In this document: one piece after another, positions 54,301 through 64,000 of the stretch
How positions within the stretch are numbered: position 1 is the stretch's first letter
How the letters are laid out: every line of letters starts with the position of its first letter
Source: Lytechinus pictus
Taxonomy: Eukaryota
DNA: 64,000 nt
Assembly (NCBI RefSeq): GCF_037042905.1
Contig: NC_087251.1
Location: forward strand, 47,432,001 to 47,496,000
Reading direction: 5' to 3'
The notes under the pieces: model-generated
Seen by the model: the letters and a program-made list of their open reading frames with translations, nothing else
Told to the model about the DNA's origin: nothing
The model's database searches: none
Position numbers and translations under genes: made by a program

Positions 54301-57300
54301 TACCAAAGGGACCTATGGCCTGACTGTATTTGCTATGAACATCAAGTGATATTTGTTTTAAATCTCATGAATAAATGTAGATATCAACTTCAATTAAAAA
54401 AAAAAGAAGATTAATTACAAGCCTTTAATTTGTAGTAAAAGGTTAGTTCAGTGCTATGGCATCACCAATACTGATTACGCTTTTTTTTAACTACAAGAAG
54501 AGGCTGGCTGATTATTCAGAAATTTGGACAATAGAATTTTCTACATTTGACTGTTCATATCAAATGCAATGATAATTTGGTTAAAAAGTGACAGTTTGTA
54601 GAGTGTGCAGAGGGACTACTATTCAACGCAATTTCAAATCTGCAACAATTATTTCATATTTGTCCAAATTCTTGCAGATGAAGTTGTGCAATGGGTGTAG
54701 CCAACCTTTGCATTTTGGCAAATATAGGGGTTGTTCATAGGAAAAGAGCAACTTGGGGAATTGTCCTAGATCCCATTGCATAAAAGTTACTATTACAGTA
54801 AATTGGTCATCCAGTAGTAACTACTATGGTAACAATGCTCATCAGCCAATCAAATTCAAGAATAAGCCCGTTCACGGTTAGCTCATGATCAACTTTTCTC
54901 AAATGACCTTTGTGATTTTTCATTAGGATAAGCACTATCATTTTCAAATGTAGATGTTGTGTAAGCTTTACCAGTAGAGTATTCAAATTATAAGAACAAA
55001 AGGCATTGTATAGACCAGGTGACTAGAATAGTACATCAGGGATAAACTTTGGAAATCTGTTTTATTGTCTGCCTTTGGCACATTTGACTATTGTTTAGGC
55101 TACTGTCAAATACCAGTGATTATGAAGGCTCTATTTATTACTCTTCAGCTTGGATGTGATAAAATGAATATTTTGAAAGGAATACATGAATAATCATAAA
55201 ATCACAAATGCCTATGCCAGTGAATTTGAACGCCACCTTCATGGTTTATCTCAAATGACCTTTTTCTGCTCGTGCACAGTTTACAACCGTGAACAGGCTT
55301 ATTCCATGGAAGATACCAATGGAAGACAAAGTTACAATAATCATATTTTTTATGCAACAGGGTACAGGTTGGGGTAAAAAAAAATAATAATAATATTAAT
55401 TGTCAGGGAAAACGGGTTATTTTTCAAATGGGCAATGTCCATGGTCATGGTCTAAGGGGCATACTTTCTAAGAACTAGTTATGAAGATTAATGTCAGTCT
55501 CAATATGTAATGAGGGGAATGAAGCAACTATTTCTAATCAAGAGGTATCAGCATGCATCGAAGGAAATGTGACCAATAATTTTGAGAAATCATCTATTCT
55601 TATTTAAAGATACACGTCATATTAATCATACTGATATCCTTGACAGTAACTATCTTACACAACAGCTACTGATAAATGTTCTCATGTTTGGAATTGATAT
55701 ATTAGTCAGTAATATGCTTTTCACACTGCATTTCCTTAACCCCGGTCTATCCGTAACCCCAAACTATCCTTTTTTCTTTGTTTCGCACTGTCTTTCTTAA
55801 CCCCATACTATTTGCTTAGCCGGGGTTAGCACCTTAACTCCCGACTATCGCACAGCTCATGAATATTGATGATTTTACCATACAGAGTGTGATTAATGTG
55901 CAATTTCGACTTCTGTGATTGGCTAATGCTTCGCCTCACTTTTCCTTAGTCCATTTTTGTTTCACACTGCATCTCTTCGCACCGCAATTGTGGTGCTAGC
56001 ACCAAAAATAAGCCGGCTAACCCTGCTTTTTTGCAAGGCCAGATAGTACCATACTATTTACCGTGCTAGCCCACTTTGCTAAAACGTAGTGTGAAAACGA
56101 AGTGGGCTAAGCTCAACCCCGGAAAATTGGTGGGGCTAAGACCCCTCCACACACCAATTTCCCTGGGTTAAGGAAAAAGTGCAGTGTGAAAAACATATTA
56201 GGTACTTGTCAAAAGTCAGAGCCCCTTCTTTGCATGGGAATCCCGCAAGCGGCCTTTCATTACGAAATCTCAAACTTCATCTTACACAAACAATATGGAA
56301 TGCAGGAAAGCCACTATGAAAAGATGCATAGTGCCTTTATTGCGGAATTCCTGCTAAAAGTCGAGGCAGAGACTTATGAAAGGGTACCTCAATTATTGGG
56401 AACAATGATGCATCTACTCTTCCTAAAATCCCTAGCATGGGAATCCTGGCTCTAGGTCTTGATAGATATATTGCTCTTTACACAAGAACCCTGATAAGAA
56501 CGAGTTAATGGTGAAAAATACTCACACTTGCGTTAGTTGCACTCTTTCTTTCCAGTCATTGAAGCTACCGGTGACAAAGACATCCTGTCCACCCTCCTCC
56601 CAGCGGAATTCAACAGACGTCTTCTTCTCCTCTGTGGGTTGGTCTCCCGATGGTCCATCTAGATGGTCAAAAAGAGGAGTAGTGAAATTATTAGGAACCA
56701 GTTAAGAGTGCTTCATGAAACACCTCGTCAGTGATACTTACCAAAAATTTGCTCTGAGCCAATCGGATGCAAAGGTTTCAGTAGCGTATGATTGTTTCAT
56801 GAAATGCTCCCCTGTGAGATTTAGGCTCCCCCCAAAAAAAAAATCCCTAAAAACTGCCATAATTATTAGTGTATCATTAAGTTTGCCTGAAAAACCAATA
56901 TCTCATAAATCTCCAGACACTACGACTGAATAGCTTACAAATCTCAGGTGATTCCTGTCTGACCTAAAGGTTTGCTATTATGATTATATATATCATTAGC
57001 TGCAAGAGATCCTGAATGTAGTTTAAGACCAGGAAACGTGTTGATCTACTGATCCCAAAATCTTTGACTTGGCCTTTGGTTGATGTCCCTGTCTTACTTG
57101 TAATTGCTGATTCTGATACAGGACTGTCATCGGCCTCTTTGGCTTCTACCGCTGCGGTCTCCTTGGATGGTTCCTCTGGAGCTGGTGTCTCAGCTGGCTG
57201 ATCGGCCTCAGGGGCGGCATCTCCGTTCACCTCTGGTGCGGTGTTCTCGGAGGTCGCTGCTGGCTCGGGTTCTGCAGCAGTCTCGGGTTTGGCTGGCTCG

Positions 57301-60300
57301 GGTTCTGCAGCAGGCTGTTATGAATAGAATAATAGATATATTCAACATAAGAAAAATGGTGAGAGATTCATTTGCTATCCACAGCAAAGGAAATGATCAA
57401 TATCTGGGAATACCATAGGAATTCATTCTCAGGCAGAGAAGTCTTGGCAATTATAGATTACATGTCAAACATTATGAAAGAGAGCTCAATATCGGAAACA
57501 AACCTCAACCGGTGTTTCTGTCAGTGTTTCTGCTGGTGTTTCAGCTGGTGCTTCTGCCGGTGTTTGAGCAGGTGTTTCTGCCGGTGTTTCAACTGGTGTT
57601 TCTGCTGCTGTTTCTGCTGGTGTTTCTGCTGGTGTTTCAGCTGGTGCTTCAGCTGGTGTGTCAGCTGGTGTGTCTGCAGGTGTTTCTGATGGTGCTTCTA
57701 CGGGTGTTTCTACTGGTGCTTCTGCTGGTGTTTCAGCTGGTGTTTCTGCCGGAGTTTGAGCAGGTGTTTCTGCCGGTGTTTCTGCCGGTGTTTCTGCTGG
57801 TATTTCTGCTGGTGTTTCGGCTGGCGTTTCTGCAGGTGTTTCAGCTGGTACTTCTACCGGTGTCTGTAGTAAAATATCACATTAATTATATGAATAATTC
57901 AATAATAACCTTAATCTTTTCAATATTACATGTTGAAACAATGGTTATCACTGCCACTACTACTTCTACTAACACTACTAAGACTCCTACTAATGGCAAT
58001 AAAACATCGAGCATAACAATCCGACATTATTCAATACTTTCTAAGTCAGTCCCTCTCTTCAACATGCTATTGTACTTGATTAGCTACTTTCTACTGTATT
58101 TTCATTTCCTGACATCAGATCGTTGCAAGGAAATCATTTTGCACCACACTAAATCTACATGTATTTCTCCTCTCATTTACCACAGAAGAGTCAATTATTA
58201 CTATTTCATACCAATCATGTCATTCACTGATATGATGCCATAAAATTCATGAGTCTTTAATAGCTTCTGTGTAGCTCAAACACATCACATTACAAATTCA
58301 TATCTTATTTTTCAATCACAGTACATATAGACAAAAGGACTGTAACAAATCATGAATTGAATTCAAGTCAACATAGAAATTGACTCTATTCCATATAAGT
58401 ATCAGTTTCATAAATACCAAGTTTAATGAATATATGCTAAATAACACAAGCATGATAGAAGATTGCATCAAAAAGGTTTCAGTTTACAGTAGTTTGTAAT
58501 CTAAAACTAGGTCAGTCCTGTTATGAAACTTGTTAATACAATACACTGTGGCTAGACTATTGAATACACTTTTATATTTCCTTTCACTCTTTTTAATCTA
58601 TCATCTTCACTTTCCACATTCCTCTATTTCAAAAGTTTATGTTAATTTCACATTTGGTGGAGAGACTTAAAGCAGATATAATACAAGCTAAGTATGCCAA
58701 TGAAAACGCAAGGGGTGTAAATAATACAAAGGAACAAAAGGTCCAGTCAGGTCCAGTCACCATTTATAAATAACTTGTGTCACTTTGGGTATAGTTTCAA
58801 AGTCTTGGAGACCTGTTACAAATGAACGGCTGTTCAAACCCAAGATGATTAGTTCTCCTTTATGACCCATATATTATTGAACCTTGACTAAACTAGGCTA
58901 TTTGGCACAGAACGCAGGAAAGGGGGGTTTACTAATATCCCTTTTGTCTATGCCAAGCTTAAAGAGGGTCAATACCAGATTAGTAGATTTTTTCATCTCA
59001 AATATTGCCACTCTTTGTAAAAGTAGCAATATATGTTTATATTTGTAAATGATTTCAATGGTTTCTACCTGCAATCTGCTTTGTGTCAGATAAATAAAGG
59101 CTAACTAGCTATGCTAGGTGCAAGTATTCCAGATAGAAGACTTAAGACAGGAAGGAAACGCACATTAGGGAAGATGGTCTTTATTCCTCGTCCAATATAC
59201 ACTTTACATTTAGGTATGGGTGTGCAAATAGTGCTCAACGATGCTTTGAGGGAAGGAGTATAAATGGATTATACTGAAACATTGCAAGGTCTAAAAGGAT
59301 TGCAACATAATTCTATCGAAATAGAAACATAAACCTCAATTACCTCCTACCCTCATCCATTCCCCCCCCCCCCCAACAAAAAAAAAATTCAGAAATCTAC
59401 CGTAACAGTACTGCTTAGATGGCTATCCCCCCGAACCCCCACACCCCAAGGGATTGGAGACCAAGAACCCCGGGAGCTGGTTGACCCCTATGTTACAGTA
59501 ATACTGAAGCAAACACTTCTTGGGCAACATACTGCTCACCACTGAAAGACACTGCACTGGGAAAATTACCCTCATAACTATCAATTGATGCATGCCCTTT
59601 AAGCTGATTATCTTCCTAGTAGCTTAAGATTATTCTTGGAAAATAACAATGTTTTATAGCTGTGTGGGAGGAAACTGGGAATTTGTCCAAGAGATATCTG
59701 TTCACAATTTACATTTTCAGAGGATAGTGCATCTTCCCTACCTCTGAAGGCGTCTCTACTGGTGCCTGAGCAGGTGTTTCCACTGGAGCTGAAGGTGTTT
59801 CTACTGGTGCTTCTGATGGTGTTACGACAGGTGCTTCTGATGGAGCTTCCATCGGTGCTTCCGATGGTGTCTCAACCGGTGTCTCTGAAGGAGTTGTAAC
59901 TTCTGTTGGTTCTGAAGGCTCTTCTGCTTTTGGTTCCTAATATTGGAAAAGAAGAACAAATAGTTGGGATTCAAATGAAGCAGCTTTAGCTATGTTTAAA
60001 ATATAGTTTATATTATAAATATCAGTTGAGGTGTGCAATTTGAATACTAAACAAAAATGCCAGAGAGAATTCTGTCCAAAGTGCAGTGCATTGAAAATTT
60101 TGTGTGACAAAAGAAAAAGACCATGCCCAATAATACATCTAAAGGAGTGAGTTAACTTTGACTTGATAAAAAGGAGAAAAACATGTGGATAACTTTGCAT
60201 CATCAGTATACCTCCACTGAATCTGTTTGTGCAGGTGCAGGTGTGGGTTCTGGAGTGGGTTCTTGGGAAGGTTCTACTACTGGTGTTACTGGTTCTGGTG

Positions 60301-63300
60301 TTGTTTCTGGTGCAGGCTCTGGAGTGGCTTCTGATGCTGCTGGTTCAGGTTCTGGTTGGGACGGTTCCTCGGGTGCACTTTCAACTGGTGCAGGGGGTGC
60401 AGGTGAGGGCTCTGCAGGAGCAGCAGCTACAACAGGTGCAGCAGGTGTTGGTTCAGGTTCTGACGGTACCTGCTCTGGTTGGGATGGTTCTGAAGGCGCT
60501 TGTTCTTTGACGGGTTCAGGTTCTGCTGATACAGGAGCAGGCTCATCTGGTTGAGTTGATGGTACTGATGATGGTTCCGATGGTTCGGTTGGTACAGCTT
60601 CAGCAGCTGCTGGTTCCGTTGATACTGGTTCTGGTGATGCTGCTGATTCTGCTTTAGGCTCCTCTGATGCAGGTTCTGATGATTTTTCTTCAACCTTTAA
60701 AAAAATACAGGTAACAAAAAAAAATGTTAATAAGAAAATGACCCCAAAATCATTCAATCTTGTATTAAATACACGCAGCTGCTGCCTCAGCTCCCCAACG
60801 GCAGTAGCTACACATTATCTATTGTAGTGGACGCGCGTACAGACAGTATTCACTGCAGTGTCAGTGCAAAGTAAAGGCGGTATTTTCATGGAAATGAAAT
60901 TGATCGATTGGCAAAAACTGTTGGATAATTTACATGTGTACCTGCTAAAATGGTTGAGGTATACATCGAGCATACCTCGAAAGAAAGAGAATGACTCGAT
61001 GAAACAAAGTTTTACAATTAGATCATCGCGGCGGGTATTGCAGCTTCGCAATGTCAGCCATTGTTATACTGACTGTAGGTTCAAACATGATAGATAGCGC
61101 TGTCCATATTGAGGCCTAGTGTTAGCTAGCGAGACATGAGCTGTTTTTCTTGGGAAACTAAAAGAGAATGTGATGAAATGTTTGCGCTGCGCCCTGATTT
61201 ACTGAAAATTATCCTGCCTAAGTTCTTTCTGTGATTTGGGTGGGATATTTTCATGAAAAATAATGTTGTTGTATGTAGACTATATTGGAAAATATATGTA
61301 ATCAAAGTGAGTTTGCGTATAGGATTGAGTTTAGATTAAAATCTCATTTCCTCACGTACTAGATTGAATTGAAAAAAAAAATCTAGGCAAGAGTGCGTCC
61401 AGATAATAGAGAGATCCGGATAAGGGGAGGCAGGATAAGAGAGGTCGGACTGTATATTTTGCTATCCTCAACCCAGGTGAGTTGATTGATGCCAGGCAGG
61501 ATCAATTCCTTGAATAATGTGTGCCGATAAGAACGCAGTGTTTTGTATCAAGGACCACTATACATGTAAATGTTACTGATTATTATTACCATTACCATTT
61601 TCACTGGTACCTTTTCTTCATTCTCATTCTTGTTAAAATTATATCAATTAAAATTATAATTAAAAGAAGAGGAATGCCTCTGGCGGTCTCACCTGCATCA
61701 CACGATTCAATACAGCAGCAGTGCTGACTTTGAAAACTACTATAAAATAATTATTCACAAAAACACCATTCATATGATACAATACTACGTTCATTGACAT
61801 TTGACCTTGATCATGTGACCTAAAAATTGTCAGTGATACTTGATTACCCCTATATCCACATTTTATACACTGTATCTATAAACTTTGAAAGTTATGACAG
61901 CAATCTAATAATTACCTCTAAAATGGCCAAAGTTCAATGACCTTAAATGACCTTTGACTTTGGTCATGTGACCTGAAACTCAAGCAGGATGTTCAGTAAT
62001 ACTTGATTAACTTTATGTCTAAGTTTCATGAATCAGATCCATAAACTTTCAAAGTTATGATGGTAATTCAACAGATACCCCCAATTTGGCCAAAGTTCAT
62101 TTACCCTAAATGACCTTTGACCTTGGTCATGTGACGTGAAACTCAAGCAGGATGTTCAGTAATACTTGATTAACTTTATGTCTAAGTTTCATGAACTAGG
62201 TCCATATATTTTTCTAAGTTATGATGACATTTCAAAAACTTAACCTTAGGTTAAGATTTTGATGTACATGGTCTAAGTTCATTGACCCTAAATGACCTTT
62301 GACCTTGGTCATGTGACCTGAAACTCAGGCAGGATGTTCAGTAATACTTGATTAACCTTATGGCCAAGTTTCATGAACTAGATCCATATACTTTCTAAGT
62401 TATGCTGTCATTTAAAAAACTTAACCTTCGGTTAAGATTTGGTGTTGACGCCGCCGCCACCACCGCCGTCGGGAAGCGACGCCTATAGTCTCACTCTGCT
62501 ATGCAGGTGAGACAAAAAACCTATCACATATCATGTCAGTGCACGAATGCCCTTGGCTAAATATTGCGCACCCCATCGGTGCAGAAATGCCCTAGACAAT
62601 GCCCTTTAATATGCGTGCATGCGATGCACAAAAGTGTGGTGTTATGGGTGCCTTCCATTGGCACAACAATATTTCTTAGCTGTAAATATCAAAGCTACTA
62701 AAAGCTTGTCAATATCTGCCTGACATTCTATTGGGTTCAGTTTGACACAGTAATCGATTCGCTAATTGCAAATCATTAGATAGTAGTTAAAAGTCCAGAA
62801 TATCATAACATTTCTTCACCTCTCAATTTCATAAATGAAGCATGGAGGAGTCAGTAGTGCAGATATTTCTCACTGTATACATTATGTTTTCTCATGCATT
62901 ATATATTTCCCTCACGTCACAAATTTCATACTTCTGCTGGAAGTTTCCATGGTGACTTAAAAAAAAAATTATTTGATTGTGTTATAACCAAACTGGTAGC
63001 TACTGTAAGAAGATCAATACCTTTCTTATGTTGACTACTAACGGTTTGAATTTCAAGTAAAATGGCTTTGGTGTGTTTTTTTTACCACAAGAATGCTCTT
63101 TTAAGCTGCCAAGTCCTTCGAAGGGCTGTCATATTACAAAGATTTCTTTTATTCTGCTTACAATGAAAGTCCTTCAGTAAATAATGATGCAATGTGAATT
63201 GATTTCAATTCTGAAGTTTCAAATATTTTTTGCTTCATAGAATAGTACCTGTTATCTGAGATTTACCATCATAAATATCACCGAAGTTCTAATCAGAAAA

Positions 63301-63530
63301 TATATGGAACCAATTTTGAAGAAATGCTTATGGGGGGGGTTGGGGAGGAAAGGGTTGATGCACATGCATATTCTACAATGTTTAATTGTTTCTTGTGTAA
63401 CGCTTCCAGTTCATAATTTTTCGAGCGATTATTTTTTTTGCTGAATACTTACGGCTGCTGGCTGAGGCTCTGCAGCCGGAGTTTCCTCTTTGGTAGTAGT
63501 TTCTTCTGCTGGCTTCACTTGAGCTGGTTC
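48336..63530 (-). CDS. Uncharacterised protein, 5'-partial (>=536 aa in window): long acidic P/E/A/T low-complexity region plus C-terminal AMPK-beta-type CBM48 glycogen-binding domain
   Basis: Exons 63530-63453, 60694-60212, 59936-59742, 57863-57504, 57314-57098, 56658-56526, then 52396-52300 OR 51632-51539, then 48386-48336. They join in one open frame with GT-AG introns. CBM motifs: FRWEEGG..VFVTGSFNDW, YKF.VDG, LG.NN. Confidence 0.88.
48580..48880. mobile_element. MITE (GGCCCGTA.TCTGAA TIR, ATA flanks); related copies at ~8495-8800 and ~14660-15492
   Basis: GGCCCGTACTCTGAA ... TTCAGAATACGGGCC with a 3-bp ATA duplication. Confidence 0.75.
49301..49566 (+). mobile_element. tRNA-derived SINE
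   Basis: A box TGGTCCAGTGG, B box GTTCGAATC, poor acceptor stem, unique body and (ACAGAA)n tail. Confidence 0.7.
51539..51632 (-). CDS. CBM48 second-half exon B (94 nt, phase 2-0; mutually exclusive with A)
   Basis: DGCFSVKMDLLAGDYSYKFVVDGEDKVDSKQ; acceptor CTTACAG|, donor CAG|GTGAGA. Confidence 0.88.
52300..52396 (-). CDS. CBM48 second-half exon A (97 nt, phase 2-0; mutually exclusive with B)
   Basis: EEGTFAQTLSLGPGEWTYKFIVDGEWKTSMKQ; acceptor GAGGTAG|, donor CAG|GTAACA. Confidence 0.82.
55711..56199. mobile_element. MITE with TTTCACACTGCA TIRs
   Basis: AATATGCTTTTCACACTGCATTTCCTTAACC ... GGTTAAGGAAAAAGTGCAGTGTGAAAAACATATT. Confidence 0.7.
56526..56658 (-). CDS. CBM48-protein exon: first half of CBM48 (phase 1-2)
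   Basis: (N)GPSGDQPTEEKKTSVEFRWEEGGQDVFVTGSFNDWKERVQLTQ(V); donor GT|GTGAGT. Confidence 0.92.
57098..57314 (-). CDS. CBM48-protein linker exon (217 nt, phase 0-1)
   Basis: PAAEPEPAKPETAAEPEPAATSENTAPEVNGDAAPEADQPAETPAPEEPSKETAAVEAKEADDSPVSESAIT; donor A|GTAAGA. Confidence 0.85.
57504..57863 (-). CDS. CBM48-protein exon made of 30 tandem 12-nt units encoding (T-P-A-E)-type tetrapeptides (360 nt, phase 0-0)
   Basis: CTACAG| TPVE VPAE TPAE TPAE ... TLTE TPVE |GTTTGT; third-position variation between units. Confidence 0.88.
59742..59936 (-). CDS. CBM48-protein low-complexity exon (195 nt, phase 0-0)
   Basis: EPKAEEPSEPTEVTTPSETPVETPSEAPMEAPSEAPVVTPSEAPVETPSAPVETPAQAPVETPSE. Confidence 0.88.
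60212..60694 (-). CDS. CBM48-protein low-complexity exon (483 nt, phase 0-0)
   Basis: VEEKSSEPASEEPK...PAPAQTDSVE; TTTTTTTAAAG| acceptor, GAG|GTATAC donor. Confidence 0.88.
61664..62519 (+). mobile_element. Helentron/HINE-like non-autonomous element with internal tandem array
   Basis: Sub-terminal IR GTCTCACCTGCAT (61686) / ATGCAGGTGAGAC (62501); 3' hairpin 62488-62513; about four TGACCTTTGACCTTGGTCATGTGACC units. Confidence 0.7.
63453..63530 (-). CDS. CBM48-protein low-complexity exon (78 nt, phase 0-0)
   Basis: EPAQVKPAEETTTKEETPAAEPQPAA; CTAG| acceptor, |GTAAGT donor. Confidence 0.8.
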
Positions 63531-64000
63531 CTAGACAATTAAATAGACAAACAACTCTTGATAAACCATTAAACAGCTTGCATAATATGGACAATACAAT
63601 CAAAAGTAATTCTGACATATGTGCATGGTATCATTCACCATTTCACTCATAAATCTGATTAATTTTCCCTGCATAGTAGTTAGTACATATCAGATCAAAG
63701 AGTCAATTTTTATCCATTATCTTATGTATGGAACTTTTATTGTTTTTATCTAAGATAGAAATGTTGGCTGTCTGAATTCACAACTTGAATTTTATACATA
63801 GGTCAATATCTCAAATTATGTACCAGTAATTAAATTAATCAAAATATTGGCATGAATTTTTACACCTGCAAATGCTTGTACAATGTACAGTGAAAACGTT
63901 ACCAGTTATTTCATAAGAACTTTGCAGAATATTCTCCCTCTCCATTCCTTTAACTTTATTTCCAAGGTAAGAAGGGTCGACACAAATTATGAAATACACC

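Noticed and set aside
57372..58243. Plus-strand ORFs of 105 and 243 aa (Cys/Phe- or Leu/Val-rich), and similar ones at 60183-60554
   Set aside because: Antisense shadows of the repetitive minus-strand coding exons.

Overview
AT-rich, intron-rich animal genomic DNA. The MITE/SINE repertoire looks like a marine invertebrate deuterostome such as a sea urchin (inference). Three genes were assembled by hand from splice sites. (1) The last coding exon of peroxiredoxin-5 (+, 2310-2415). (2) A complete 7-coding-exon AMPK beta subunit gene (-, 11263-22753, 273 aa), with probable non-coding 5' exons up to about 36.4 kb. (3) Upstream on the same strand, the 3' part of a gene I cannot name (-, 48336 to >63530). 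It encodes a ~445-aa acidic Pro/Glu/Ala/Thr spacer and ends in a single AMPK-beta-type glycogen-binding CBM48 with the same two intron positions and phases as the neighbouring AMPK beta, but no alpha/gamma-binding domain. The second half of this CBM48 is encoded by two duplicated exons that can only be used one at a time: one keeps the sugar-stacking Trp (VDGEW) and the other replaces it with Asp (VDGED). The Trp exon sits behind a ~640-nt AG-free zone carrying RBFOX/QKI-type motifs. AMPK beta also has tandem partial copies of its first coding exon that could act as in-frame cassette exons. The rest is introns and UTRs filled with MITEs, tRNA-derived SINEs and microsatellites.
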